A DNA stretch of 64,000 bases, taken from contig NC_058373.1 in NCBI RefSeq assembly GCF_018350175.1, positions 109,618,001 through 109,682,000 on the forward strand. Reading direction: 5' to 3'. Made by a program: the position numbers and the translations under genes. The stretch comes from Felis catus (Eukaryota). Positions 26,691 through 41,019 of the stretch are shown piece after piece. How positions within the stretch are numbered: position 1 is the stretch's first letter; every line of letters starts with the position of its first letter. The notes beneath the pieces are model-generated. The model ran no database searches. It was not told where the DNA came from and saw nothing but the letters and a program-made list of their open reading frames with translations.

Positions 26691-27066
26691 TCTATGAAGT
26701 GGATACTATGATTATCTCCAGTTTACCACTGAGGAAGTAGGAACACAGGTGTTGAGAAGATCTGAGGTTACACTCAGTAACCAGCAGTTACAACTGAACC
26801 CAGGCTGTCAGGCTCTACCGCAGTGTTCTAGAAAAGTAGGCAGACCACTTCTTTTGCTCTACTTTAGCTGAGATGACTGAAAACAATCATTCGATTGTAC
26901 CATTTCTGCCACAGCCAATGACAGCACGCGTAGGTCTATCATGTTATTTTTGTCCCTTCCAATGATTATTAGGAATTCCATTTACAAAGAATCTAGTGAG
27001 TTTTCAGAAAGCCATCAACCCATGACTTCTCTGCAACCAGCCAGCCACACTGTAATCAAAAGGGCA

Positions 27067-27283
27067 GAGGCACCTGGGGGGCTAAGTTGGTTAAGCGTCC
27101 AACTCTGGATTTTGGCTCAGGTCACGATCTTACAGTTCGGGAGCTCGAGCCCCTTGTAGGGCTCTGTGCTGACAAGTGCGGAGCCTGCTTGCGATTCTCT
27201 CTCTCCTCTCTCTGCCCCTCCCCCACTTGTGCAAGTGTGCTCTTATTCTCTCTCTCTCAAAATAAATAATATTTAAGAAAAAA
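27067..27283 (+). mobile_element. CanSINE
   Basis: Consensus body ggttaagcgtccaactct...ggctcaggtcacgatc, A tail. Confidence 0.93.
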
Positions 27284-28239
27284 GACACACAAAGGGGCAA
27301 AAGCCTTTCAGTTCCTTGCTTTTGAAACCATAAATTTCAAAAACTGAATTTTCATGCCAACTAAATCATTCATATTTACTGTACTCTGTAACAGTTTTTT
27401 GCCTCTTCCAAAATGTGAAAATAAACCATAAAAGTTAAAAAGCGAGTGGGCCTCTGTATAGTAAAAACTAAAAGGACACAGAAACTTCTGCTCCTTTATA
27501 CTCTTGGACATATACACTCTCTTAAAGTGCCCATCACGTGCTGCAGCAATTGTTTACATAACTGTCTGTCTCTCTCCCCTAATGAAGAGTATGCAATGTC
27601 ACGTTCATATTTGTTTTCCTAGCACATACGAGGCATCCAATAAATGTTCACAAAATAAAACCTTGGGCACATTTTGGTTTTGTGTATTTTGGTTTTGCTT
27701 TTTAAAATTTCAATTTCAAGTTTTCTGAGTAATTTAAATAAATCTAGGTTATTTAACTTAAAATGGTTAACTCTGTACAGAGTTCCTCTAAACCTCTAAT
27801 CTGGTCAAAGCTTCATCTCTCAATTATCACATCAAAAGAATGTCAGGTATGGAAATAATCCAAACACCGAGTGGTTTTAGAGGCATGCACATCTCATTTA
27901 GCCACACACTGCTGTTTCTTCAGATTTGCCTTCCTTATAATGCTTTATTCAGTTTACTTCTAAATATTCACCACATGAATAATGAGGAAGCACAGATCAA
28001 ATGGGCTGGACAATTACAAGCTGACTCAGTCGGTTAAGTAGTTTGCTAGCAGATTTGGAAAGAATGTCAAAGCATATCAAGTGTCACAGAAATGGCCAAG
28101 CTTTTGACCCAGGCTGGCACTGCGCTTAATAAAAATGTCATGAATGGATGAACCATGGCTCTCATCCTTGAGAATCTATTGTGAAAAACTAATCCAAGAC
28201 AAGTCTGAAAAATCTACTTTTTAAAAAGTATTTTCTGCA

Positions 28240-28444
28240 TTTTTTTAATGTTTATTTATTTTTAAGAAAGAAAGAGCATGTGTTGGGCATGGGGGGCAGA
28301 AAGAGAGGGAGGCAGAGAATCCAAAGCAGGCTCCATGCCAACAGCAGAGAGCCCGATGCTGGGCTCGAACTCACGAACTGTGAGATCACAACCTGAGCCA
28401 AACAAAGTCAGACGCTCAACTGACCGAGCCACCCAGGGCACTCC
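28240..28444 (-). mobile_element. CanSINE
   Basis: Reverse consensus. Confidence 0.93.
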
Positions 28445-29166
28445 TGAAAAAACCACTTAAAGTAGTCATTGACAACATTCTACAAAAAGTGTAAAATTAG
28501 AAATAATCTTTATGTCCAACATCCAAGAGGTACATCAAGTCAGAATACTGTGCAGCATTAAAGATGATGGCCACACAGAAGCACAAAGAAATGTTTATAA
28601 ATAAAGATTTAGGGGGAAAGACAACTGAAAATGATGAGACTTTAACCATACAGGATGGAAATGCATATCTAAAGGAAAATTTTAAAAAGCTGTAGCAAAG
28701 CAAGAGGACTATGGATGATAAACTAGGTAGTTGCTGTCATTCCTCTTGAGGCACACGAAATAATTCCTAAATCTATAGAAGGCCTAAGTAAGAGACATAT
28801 GGTATATAAGTCATGCCTTTCATTTCAATATGAAAACGGGCTCTTGAATTTGTTTGAATGAGATTATTACTGTCAGGAGAGAGTTAAAAATCAGAGCTTC
28901 CTACAATGCCTAGAGCCTAGTTCAGGAACGAATGGTTAAAAGACTCAATGAATGGACCAGTGTAACTATACGGTTGAACTCCAAAATCGGGAGTTTAAAA
29001 CTGGTTTATCCACAGCGAGAAGTGGGGAAGGGGAGGTGGTCCTCCAGATCCCCTGACTCTGCCGCAACATTTAATATGTGTCAGTCCGAGCTAGGAAAAG
29101 ATCTAGTTGCCCTGGTCCTATTTTCAAAAGATTTCCAAGATCGAAAAATGGTTAAAAACCAATATC

Positions 29167-29370
29167 CGGGGGCTCAGTCGGTTGAGTGTCCGACTCAATT
29201 TGGACTCGGGTCACGATCTCACAGTTCCGGAGTCTGAGCCCCATATGTGAGTCTGCGCCGGCAGGCTAACGGCGGCAGTGCCTTCTTCAGGTCCACTGTC
29301 TTCTTCTCTCTCTGCCCCTCCCCACCCCATGCTCTTTCTCAAAAAATAAACATTAAAAAACAAAACAAAA
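29167..29370 (+). mobile_element. Diverged CanSINE
   Basis: ggctcagtcggttgagtgtccgact...ctctgcccctcccc...aataaacattaaaa. Confidence 0.85.
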
Positions 29371-30538
29371 CACTATCCAACATGGTAAATTTGCTTCCAT
29401 TAAATCTTTTTTTATCACTGACAGCCACTTCGGATTTCTAGTCCAGGCTTTAAAGGGATTACTAAATAGGTAACGTTATTAAATAGCCAACAGCAGGTTT
29501 ACGCTTATGCAAACATGTCATGACTACAAGTAGCCACGGGCAACACTCCCCACCACAGAGCAATTTTGTGGAGTCTATGTGGCTACACTGAAATGCAACA
29601 CGGTATCGCTAAGGTCTCGAAAACCGTCTCTATTATGTATTTAAATGCACGAGGCTCTAGTCGTAGGCTGTCTATTTTATTTATTCAGGAATGGGTTCTC
29701 CAAAATGAACAAAAGAAATTTTTACAGTACATTACAAGGATTTGGTTTCCAACTATTTTATTTTAATCTACACTGGTATCAATGTGAAGAAAAAGAAGTT
29801 TAAGAAATAAGTGTCTTTGAGGTATAATCTGATTCACTTTCATTCCAAAGGCATTATAATACAATACATGTTGAATATTGGAATCGAACTACAAGTTTGA
29901 AGGCACTGGGCTGGCCTCTAGAAAATGGCTATAAGGACAGAAAGCAAGGCTGAGGGAAGAGGAGAAACACGTATTAAAATCTAAATAACCCCTCCTTAAA
30001 GATAGAAAATTTAGGATTAGGAATTCCATGTTGCTTCTAGAATCCAATCATGTTAGAGACTCTCTCTCATCCAGCTCCTTCCTCTTACCAATAAGAAAAC
30101 AGCTTGTGAGTTTTGCAAGGTAACACGGCACCATGATACGCACGGATGGTTCTCGGGTTCCTTTCTCTGGCGCACCACCTCCATCCCATCCTTGAAGACC
30201 ATGCATGGACCTGACTTCTTCGTCTCTTTCTCTTTCTCCTCTGATTCCCCCACCACATTTCTTTCTATCAGTTTTTTGACTGCTCATCTCTCTTTTCCCA
30301 TGATCTCCCTCCAGTGGCCCTCAATGGCAACCACGGACACCGTTTCACTGTCTCCCCCCACCGCCGTGAGCATTCAGAACTATGTTGACCTTTCTCAGCA
30401 TTAGAAGAAAAACAGAACAATCTCTTCAGCCTCACCGTCTGGTTCAGACCTCCATCTTCAAACGTCCTGATTACTGACTGCCAAGTTTCCTCTCCGGTGC
30501 TCCTATTCCTCACATCCCTTCTTCTCATCTCCCCGAGC

Positions 30539-30655
30539 TAGAGTTCCACATGTCGTATGGGACGTACTTAGACTAAAAAAAGTATTCGTTGTTTATCTGA
30601 AATTCAAATTGAACTAGGTGCCCTGCGTCTTTATTTGCTAAAACTGACAACTCTA
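30539..30655. mobile_element. MER53 MITE with most of one arm deleted
   Basis: tgggacgtacttagactaaaaaaagtattcgttgtttatctgaaattcaaatt...ctgacaactcta matches the MER53 right arm as recalled. Confidence 0.8.
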
Positions 30656-32304
30656 AAATAACACTAACATTAAGAAAGAACCCATACTGGATACAACTCA
30701 GTTGTGACCCGGTGAGCACCTGCACCATAGCACCCGGGGAGGGATGGGGGGTAAAGGAGGGGGATACTGCCTCAGGCCAGGCCTGGCACCAACAGCTGCC
30801 TGCTCTGGGGGACTAGCTGCTCTCTTCTTTTTCAACTCTTTAGTTTCCTGCTGATTACCATTAACTATAGTGCAAAAATAAGTAAATCTCAACGTCTTGG
30901 CCAAATGTGAAAGAGACAACTTAACAGGATCCTAAGTGCCTGGCCCCATAAGTAAAGAAGAAGTGTCTAGGCATATTTTAATCAGGTTTTGATTAAACAA
31001 ACATCTTACTGTTTCTTGACTTACAATATCAAAATACAACTCTTAATATTTTTAAATAGTTATTTAAGCTACTGCAGGGGGAAAAAAAAAAAAAAAAAAA
31101 AAAACCTCTCACTTTCCTGAATCTCTTGATCTCCATGGAAATGCTACTACTAATTTTACACCTTGATTTTGGTTGACATTTTGCTGTTGTTTAAGGAAAA
31201 TGACTAGCACATTATAAAAGAACAGAATGTGGATAGCACCTGTGAGCTACTCACTATTAAATATCTGCCAAGATTATCAATGAACAAAACAAAAGGTAAG
31301 AACAATATAGTGAATTATTAAAAAAAAAAAAAAACACAACTAATGAATACTTTCGGTTCCCTTTAGTTATGTATTTGTGAGCACCATTTGTACCGAAGGT
31401 CTGGGTAAAATCAGACATATAATGTACTCGGAAAACCACCTGTAACTACAGTATAACAAAACAACTTAAATCATCTTGCCTCTGTTTTACAATACTACTT
31501 TCTAGATGAGTAGGTTATCATCTTGGGTAAATGCAGATGAACTAGTCGACCTCATGAACATTTCTCCCTCTTTTACCTGTGACACTGTAATTTCATGCAA
31601 TATTGCAAGTATACTGACTATAAATACAAAAATAATGACATCAGAGCTATAAAACGAATTTTCTTGAAATTTCATCTACAAAGTAGATTTTCTAACAAAA
31701 AAAGGACAATACAAATGATGTTAGAGAACATCCAAGCAAATTGAAAAGTGCCATTATTCCTCTAGCACTATTTGTATTAAGATCTTATGCAAGTAATCAT
31801 TTCAATGATATCCCTCAGTTTTTTTTTTATCCAGTTCATCCATTCGTTAATTCTATAATCCATCATGTATTGAAAAGAAACAAAATTATTTACTCAAGCA
31901 TTTAGAACCAGAGGGAAGCCCCAGTAAATGCAATGTTGAAACTATGTCAGCATGCATTATTCTCATAGTATTTTGTGTTAGTCCAAAGTAAATGTATCAA
32001 ATAAACATGATGAAATGTATAAAAGTAAGCAAAAGTTACTTTAAATCTCTAAATCAGACATTTGTACAGAGAAGACAATTTCCAAACACACTAGAATTAA
32101 TATTACATATTGAAACTCTAAGAAAAAGAACTAAAATTCTAACAGATATGCCTAGATACCTTGCTATGCTATTTATGTTTTAGAACATAAAAGTAATAAA
32201 TGTTAAACCCACATATAATGTCAAGGTACCTTTGGTAACACCAAATTTAAGAATTCTTAATAGTCCCAGTGATAAAGAACGTTTCAAATCTGACTCTCAG
32301 ACCC

Positions 32305-32523
32305 TTTTTTTTTTTAATTTTTTTTTTTTAACATTGGTTCATTTTTGAGAGACAGAGCACAAGCAGGGAAGAGGCAGACAGCGAGGGAGCACAGAATCTG
32401 AAGCAGGCTCCAGGCTCCGAGCCGTCAGCACAGAGCCTGACATGGGGCTCGAACTCACGAACCGTGAGATCATGACCTGAGCCGAAGTCGGACGCTCAAC
32501 CGACTGAGCCACCCAGGCGCCCC
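32305..32523 (-). mobile_element. CanSINE
   Basis: Reverse consensus ending gccacccaggcgcccc. Confidence 0.96.
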
Positions 32524-35500
32524 ATCAAATCTCTCAGCCCCTTGTAATTATAAATAATTATTGATATATAAAACCAGGAGAAAACTCCCAACATTTTGTA
32601 ATTATGCTCAAGAAACTTAGAATCAGAGCAGATATACATCTTTTAAGCTTGTACTTTAAGAAACAAATGGCAAAATTTTAAAACTTTCAATTAGCACTTA
32701 ATTTAACTCACTGGCAATTTGTTCAACCAGTAATTTGTTTCTAAAGCCAAACCATGTCTTTTAATTATCACAATAAGTTTACTGTAGTTGCCACTAGTCT
32801 CTTTTTAAACCTCGCCATCGCCATCGATGTGAATGAACACAGCTGTTTAAAAGTTATCTGAACACGTGAAACCATTAAAATCCCTTATTCTAACATAAGG
32901 ACACGTCCTTAGCACTAAATCTAAAGAGAAATTTAACGAAATCAGTATGACAACTTCTTACGTTATGAGCCATCCACTGCAGGTCTACCTTTATTCTCTA
33001 ACGCACTAAATACATAACTGTCACTACTATGTAATATTATCAATATAATTAAAAATTTCAGGCAAGAATTTCCAGAAGTTATTATTACAAACACGTTCAC
33101 TTGAGTTAAATACAATTCCTTGAGGCAAAAGAATCGCCACAATGCTCTTGTTTGTCACAAGCAGAGGTTGCGGCCACCCAAGGAGGACGAGAACGTTGTG
33201 ATACACAGGTATGGTCAAGCTACTCCACCAAGGGTGCCCACATTTTTATCGTAAAACCACCTTTCTGGACGTCGTTCTATACTGAGGAGAAGACAGTCAC
33301 TGAACCAGAGCTAAAGACAGTATTCACTGTTTACATGTGATTAGGAAACATGCACTTGTGACAGCTGATCTGTTTTACAACATCCGGAAATCCAGAAGAG
33401 GATTTAAACGATTTCTAAAGTTGATGGTTTCAACCTTATTACTGTTGCACATTTAATCTGTATGAGCCGGGCTTTCTAGGACATAGGCACTGTTCTATGA
33501 TAACTGATTTCTGAAATGAGGCAGAAGGAACATCTTAAAATGACAAAAGCAGCTTAGCAGTCCTTTGGAGAAAGGGAGTAACAAACAAAACAGGAAGTTT
33601 AAGAAATTATGTTGCCCAATTAGAATTTTAAAACATCAAGTCAAATCTGAAAGACAAGATTAAAGTCAGAAATCTTGGGCATGTGCTATTTTCCTAATTC
33701 ACAAAGATGTCATTTTTACTTATATTTCCTTTAGCAAGTATTTCTTTCAAAATCTACTAGGTATGCACACCGTTTAGATTTATACAGACTAAAATAATCC
33801 GTTTTCATTGTCGTTACTACTGCTGCTGCCGCTGCTGTTGGTTCCGCTGATAACTGTTATCATCAACTGGTATAACTGTATTTAACAAAAACTGATTGTT
33901 TCTGAAAATAATTGGATCCCTTTAGATGTTCAGTTTCTAGAAGGATTAGAGCACTGACAACTGTATGGAAGAAAAGAATCTGTCCGTGAGATCAAGAACA
34001 GAGAATCAATAGAATCTGAGTACAGATCCAAGTACATACAAGGTAGTTTTGAGGAGTACATCAACATTTAGTTAGAAGGAGACAAACGGGAGAAAAATGT
34101 GTGAAAGAAAGTACTCTGTCTTCCGTTCCACTCTCTTTCACCTACTGTACGCCCATCAGATGAGAAAGTGCCACAGGGGCAGGAAAAGAGATGGGGTGAG
34201 CGCAGGGTAAGGATGCAAGGGAAAGATGGAAGGCATCTGAGTTGAGTCTCGTCCGTGTACATTTATATAAAGTTCAAAATCATACAAAGCTAATTAACAG
34301 TATTAACGCCAGGGCAGTGTCAGGAGAGAGGATTCAAACCCAGAAAGTCTGTGCCTTTATGACAGTGCCACATCCGGGCGTACTTAAAATGGGAGCTCTG
34401 TATGAGACGGTGGCACGGAGTGACAGAGTAGTGGGCTTGTGGGCACACCGGCTGGGCCACGTCCTTACCACCATCCCCCTAAGAACTCTCCTTTAGCTGG
34501 TGCCTTTAGGTCTTTCCTTTGAGCTTATTTGATTCTCCAAAGAAGAAACATCCCTCTCCTGATTACAGGCATAAGGGATCTGAGCGCTGAGTGGTAAGAG
34601 GGTTGAGGATCTTCCCATTCAACGTGCTCCGCTACTTTCAGAAAGGCGCCTGCTGTTGTCAGCAGTGCCTGATGTCCACGAGCCCAGCTTCCCTCCAGTG
34701 TAGCCTCTCCAGAGAGAAAACCGTCAGTCTTTTCGCTGCCTGGTTTGGGGGGAGTGAGGTGGGATCAGGAGTTCTGACTACTGCTTACACAGACTTTCCA
34801 CCAAGGCTCCTCTTCTGGCCTCTGTGCACCTTTACTTTTAGAAAGGCATCTTTCTGAAGCTTCCCGCAGTTAATGTGGTGTGAGTGGGCTACTTCCAGAC
34901 TCTCCCTGCTGCTGCTTACAGCTCCGCTTTTTCTCATCTGCCAACGCAGTGACCACCAGTTGATGTGCTTTGCTAGTTCCCAAGATGCTGACTCTGAGAT
35001 CTCCTCTCCATTTTGCTTTGTTTTTGTGGGTTTTATTTCTTTTCAGTAATCTGTCTGATCTCGGGGGGTAAAAGTAAATAAATGCATGCATGCGTTCAAG
35101 TCTCCCCATTTAACTCAAAAGTTAGCAATTATTTCCTATTAAATTACTTCTTCCATTCTCCAGTAGCTTCTACTAATTCAAGTAATTTAATTTTCTTATG
35201 CAAACATGTCAATCCCTTTTAGTGGGAAAGAATCCAGCAGAACCACCAGAAAACCAAATGGCCGTTGTGCCAACCTGATAAAAGCGATACTCCCACTACA
35301 GTTCTCTTTCTCAGAATTAACACCAACCATGTTAACAGGTCTGAGTGTGAAGCAAAATAGAAAGTAAAGCACATTCTGGATCTTGAGACTGTGAACACAG
35401 AAGTTAAACGAACGTCTCAAAGTCATCACTTCACCCAACGAACAACACAAATCCTTACAAAAAAAAAAAAAAAAAGTCAGCGTTAGAACTCAAGGTAGAG

Positions 35501-38500
35501 CAAAGCTGAATTTATGGCATGATGCTCTTCTCTCAATACTCAGTTCTCTGTCCCTTCTTCTATGACTTCTGTTTCCAAGGCACTAGGATGTCCTTAATTC
35601 TGTTTTTTCCAGCTATATACAGAGCAGTTCTGACATCTCCCTCGATCTCAAATTCAATCTGGTCAAAACCAATCTCATCCTCACTGACCTCCACTTCCCT
35701 CTAGAAGAGAATTCTCTTCTCACTTTCCTCATTCTGTCTAAGCCTTTAGAATTTCCTTTAACTCTTCCTCTCCTGTATCTATCTGCTTTACGCAGCTTAT
35801 CAACAGGTCATTTGATTTATGCCTTCACAATATCTCTTTGGTGCTAACGGTGATATTATATTTAATAGTGGAAATTTGGAAAATAGTTTTGATGTCCCAA
35901 AATAGTTAAGCAGACAATCATATATCCCCATAATGGAACATTATGGCAGCCATTAATTAGAATGATGCTTTTAAATTTAGTTAATTACATGAAAGCATGT
36001 TTATATCCCAATGCTGAAGAAAAAAAATTTAGTTCAAATTATACATATAGTAACATAAGTAATTGTATAATAAGATTAGTATGAAATAATTTATTTTTTT
36101 TTCCCCTTAGGGGGAAAAATGTTTAATACAGAAAAACAGGAAAGGAACACAAGGAGATTTTCCAGAGTGATGGCCGTGTTCTAGATCTGGAGTTATGGCT
36201 GTATGAGTACAGAGAATTATTAAATTCATTGAAGATTCACTGCCTAAGATCTGTTCTTAAAATCTGTGTTGATGTTAAGTATATCTGGATTTTTTTTAAT
36301 TTAAGGGAAAGCCTCATTTAAAAACCAGGCTAGGAGGAAACTGGCTAAAATCAGAACACTGATTGCATTTAAATAATGAAACTATAGATAATCTTTTTTC
36401 TTTGGTTTCAAGTTTTCTTTGATGAGCACAGGAGAAAATACAGGAGGATGGGGAGTTCTTTATGTATTCTCTCCACTTCCTCTTTCTTTGTCACCATCTG
36501 ACTACAGTAGGACAACAGCCCTCTGCCATCAGCCATCCTGGGTTAAATCTGCCAGCCTTACACCCCCTGAAAGGAGCTGGCAGAAGGGTACAGACTTTCT
36601 AGGTGGGGGCTGGAGAAAGGAAACTAGTATCATGTACATTTCACCTCCCATTCAAAAACCTTAGTAGCAGCTCTCCGCTTGCAGTCTCTAAGATTAAGTC
36701 TAGCCTCCTTTACTTGGCTTGCCAAGACCTCCGTAATCTAGACCCATCCCCGCCTCTCCCCCTATTACTCACAAATTCCAACCATGAAACCCTCCACTCC
36801 CATCAGGCTTCTATTTCGAGACTAAACTCTGCTCAAAATAAGAGGCAGCTTTTTACCTGCTGAAGTGGTGACGGTAATGTTAAATTAATTCTCTCTAGTC
36901 TGTTAGCCCCGCACAAAATCATCACAGGGAAATGGTATTTCACACACAGAGACAACTACATTACACTGTCTCCAAAACTGGAAATGTAGCAGTAGATCCA
37001 AAAGTGAAGAGTGTTGATATTAAATCTTAGAATCCAAAAATAGAGGTGTAAACACTGCAACAGTCCTAGCGCAGAGCAGGCCCTCGTACTGGCTGGCGCT
37101 TGCAGTCGAGTGCGCACGCCCCACACAGAGGCCAGCCATGCAACAGCAGGGTTCCACCACGTGTTCCTGTGCATGGACTTTGGGTCCTCAATCCTAGAAA
37201 AGTACTAAAACTGCTAAATTAAGTGGTTTCTGTAAAATCCAAAGTGCACAAGTTAATAAAACAATAACAACATGGGGCTTTTTTGAGGACACCTATATTC
37301 TAACATCTGCTTTGAACACTCGGTTCAAAATCAGCTAATGCTAAAAGAAAAATTAAACTCTGAATTTTAAAAACACACAAAGCACTTGAGGCTTCTGAGG
37401 TATGTTTCCGGCTATTGAGTATGTGTTCTTACTTGAAATCACTAAAAATAAACAGGAAGCTGCCCACGCTATCACTGTCCCTTATTCTGGTTTGTCTCTC
37501 GGTCTCCGTGACCCTTCATTAGTAAAACAAACCTTGAGCTAGCTGGTGAGCTATGAAAACAAAAACGCACCTGAACACATGATCACAGATTAACATCACT
37601 CTTTACCCACACAACTTCATAACGAATTGAGTAAGATCAGCCACCAAGGGAGGGCAAGGCAGACAACCGTTCCTCACCTGCCTCACGGAGGCATGCTGGC
37701 CTCATCTTGGAGGGGAGGCTGAAGTGTGGGTGTAAGTGCCTCAGAAAGAAACCAAGAAAGGGCTCTCGGGACAGGAACTGCCCACCAACCCTGTCAGCTT
37801 CCGTTTTAAATGTGTATTTACAGATCATTGCCTTCTGATTATTTTACCCCTCAAATTACTCCTCCTACTTTCCAGAACAGGGCACAACAGGCTCCCCAGT
37901 TTGTACCTGATGGACAGCACAAATACACACTCAATTTTCTAGCACCTTCTCTATTGTCTAAACTCAACAAATACTTGTAGAGAAAAGGCCAAAAGTCCCC
38001 ACAAACGGAAGAGGGCTGCATTATTCCAGAGTGTTCTACCCTATTCTCATAAAGGCCTTACCTTCTTCAGGAAAGGAAATTCCACAGTATTTCAAAGCAG
38101 CCCATTTAGTAAGTACCTAACACTATCTGCCCAGCCCCCACTCCCTGTCTGATACCTACATCTCTGAAGAATGAAGAAACATTATATACTCCAACACGGC
38201 TTGCTTATCCATTTCATTAAAAGATAAACTTGCTTTCCAACTCACCAAATTGTTATAACCAGTCCTATTTTTATCCTGAAACATCCGAAACATCCTCTCC
38301 TCCACGCGTCACCCCTGCCTTCCTGGCAATGCTGCTCCTTGCCCAGGACCTGCAGCTGCCTGAGGCTCTGGTCTTTCTAGTTTTCCCTTCACTGCTCAGC
38401 AAATCCCCACCTCTCTCTATTCATTCCTGAAACTGCATTTTCACTCTAGAAGTCCCTTATCTTATCCTCATTTTCCAGAGGCAACTTCCTCCACAGAAGT

Positions 38501-40424
38501 CACTGGACAGCGTATTTCTTCTTGTTTTCACCTACAGATCAAGTTTGGCTTTTAATATTGGTCAGAAGCCAGCTACCTCCTGGAAATGACCTGCTTGTTG
38601 TTTTCTTGCCAGATTCTTGCCTCAGGCATTACCGTCTCAGAGAATTCCACATTGAGGACACTCATTTTCTCTGTTTTTTCCTGCTCATAATGCATCACTG
38701 GGGTATAACCAGCTTTCTCTTTCGAGAATCAGTTAATAAGTCCCTTCCTCTCTCACTTCTGTCCTCAGTAGAGAGACAGCTGAACTACATAAACTAACAG
38801 CAAGTGCTAGAATTATCCAAGACCTACTTATATAGAAACCACAGGCAACAATTTCCCAACCTTTTTATCACATATTTTCCTCGGGAGATTTTTCCAGAAG
38901 CATTCCTTACACCTCTAATCGTATTTTCATTTTCAAGGTTAAATTAAAAGGCAGGAGAAAAGAGAAACCAAAACCTGAATGCACTTCTGTGACTTATCCT
39001 GCACAATTCTGCAGCCAGTTTCAGGGGAGGGGGAAAGAAAGAGAGAGGGAGCGTTCTCGTTCTAGTTCTCGTTACAGAGAAAGGATAGTATTGGATACAT
39101 CAGCGCTAGACAAGTCACAGCTGTCAAACAATTTTAAGTATATTGAAAACTCTGAACAATCTGTAAAGCAGTCAAGCCAGAAGGATACAGCTTGTAAATG
39201 AAGCAAATAGCAATCATGAGTAGCTCAGTTGTTTCCTGAGTAAAAACCCACTCCTTTGTACATTTAAATTAAAACTAAACCCATTAAAATCCCTGTCAGA
39301 TTCCTTAAGAGAGAATGTCTGCTGGAGAGAAATGGTAAATTATTAATATAGTATAGACATGAATATGCAAGTGTATCAGGAAAAATCTTATTCAGGTAAA
39401 CTAAGGGCTGTATACATATGCATGTATATCTAATTCTAACCACACAGGCACATGCAGATTTACAGGGTCTTCAAAAAAAAAAAAAAAAAAAGACCTGGAG
39501 ATGAAACTTCCCATGAAAAATTAAAATTTTAAGTCAACAGAGAAAAGATATGGAAAGCTACCTTACAGAGACTTATAAAAAAAAAAAAAAGCTTTCAGCC
39601 TCTCAAGATTCACTGTAGCTAGCTAGAAAAACTGATTAAACCATCTAAAGAAAAAGGGGAGTCTAACAGGGGTGGTAGAGGTGGTATCACGACTAATGAC
39701 AGCGATAATGACATCATAACAACCTTATAACATCACACGCTTAAAAAGGTGAAGACTCGTCTAAGTGGCAGGACTCACCTAGCAAGGGCAACAAAAAGGA
39801 GACTGTACCCATGTAAGCGCTGATTGGGGACCATCATGGAGATGGAGGGATGTTCCCATCATCTAACTCCCTTGCTCCAAATTCAAGCTAAGCAAGTAAC
39901 GCAAGGATGCCTTGACTGCTGGTAGAGCTTGCCTGCTTCTAATGGTGGGACAGACAAAAGAGATATGGGGGGAGCACATGAACTCAGGAGATAGGATCAT
40001 CTCAAGAACTGTACTTTGGGTGGAACACAGGAGAGTTCTGAACTACACAGCCCTCCTCCTGAGCTCCTCTTCACCTCCCAATCATCGTTCACTCTCCCAT
40101 ACTGGAAGGGAGGGGGAGAGCGGAGAAAACAAGGTTGAGAAGCACTCTTAATTCAAGAATAACACAAAGGCGGGGTAGTGAAGTGGTGAGGGGAGAGAGC
40201 GGGAGAGGGAAGCTGTTTCTTAAGCAACAATGAACATTTAGTCCTGAAGCCTCCTATTTGGTTTGGCCTTGTGAGGAGCAGCAAGATTCAGGGAAAGGCT
40301 ATTCAAAACCCTTATTACCTATTTATTTAGAAGAGCTCAAGGAAAAGGACACAGTTCAGAGGCAGGAGTCCAATCTTTGGGGTTTAGTCCTCATTCCTAT
40401 AGTAAAGGATGATTCCAGGAAAGC

Positions 40425-40625
40425 ATTAGGCACAGCAGTTAAGAGTATGGTCTCTGGAGCCAAACAGCCTGGATTCAAATCCGCCCTGCCTGTTCCCCAG
40501 GTGAGTAGCTCTGGGAAAGTTCCACAGCCTCTCTCTACTTCCTTCGCATCATCTATAAAATAATACACATAATATTACTATCGATTTCACAGAGTTGTTG
40601 TGAAGACTAAATTAACTCATATATT
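40425..40625 (+). mobile_element. MIR remnant
   Basis: gttaagagtatggtctctggagccaaacagcctggattcaaatcc...gttgttgtgaagactaaat. Confidence 0.75.
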
Positions 40626-40739
40626 GTAGGTGCTGCAGACAATTGTGCTGCTGACCATGGAATTTGTACAAGTGCTGGTGATCTTTTATGAGCACACACC
40701 TTTGCGAAGATGCTGTAAAGATTAAGTATACGACTACAA

Positions 40740-40900
40740 CTGTAAATTGTGCAACTATCAGAACAACCTACCAAAACTGACACAAGATGAAACGGAAAAT
40801 CTAGAGTCAGACATGTATTTAAGAAACTGAATGCACTACCAGAAAAAACCTGCTGAAAGAGAAAACTACGGGTCCAGATGGTTTCTCTGGTGAAATCATT
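40740..40900 (+). mobile_element. L1 ORF2 fragment
   Basis: aacctaccaaaactgacacaagatgaaacggaaaatct...ggtccagatggtttctctggtgaa (GPDGF motif). Confidence 0.7.
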
Positions 40901-41019
40901 CTAACAACTTCATTTTTCATCTTTAGTTACTGCCATGAATGGGAAGACTCTGCTCCTTTCCAATCGTGTATTTTCCAAGAGAACAGCATCTAGCAGAGCA
41001 TTGCACGTGTGGTAAGATC

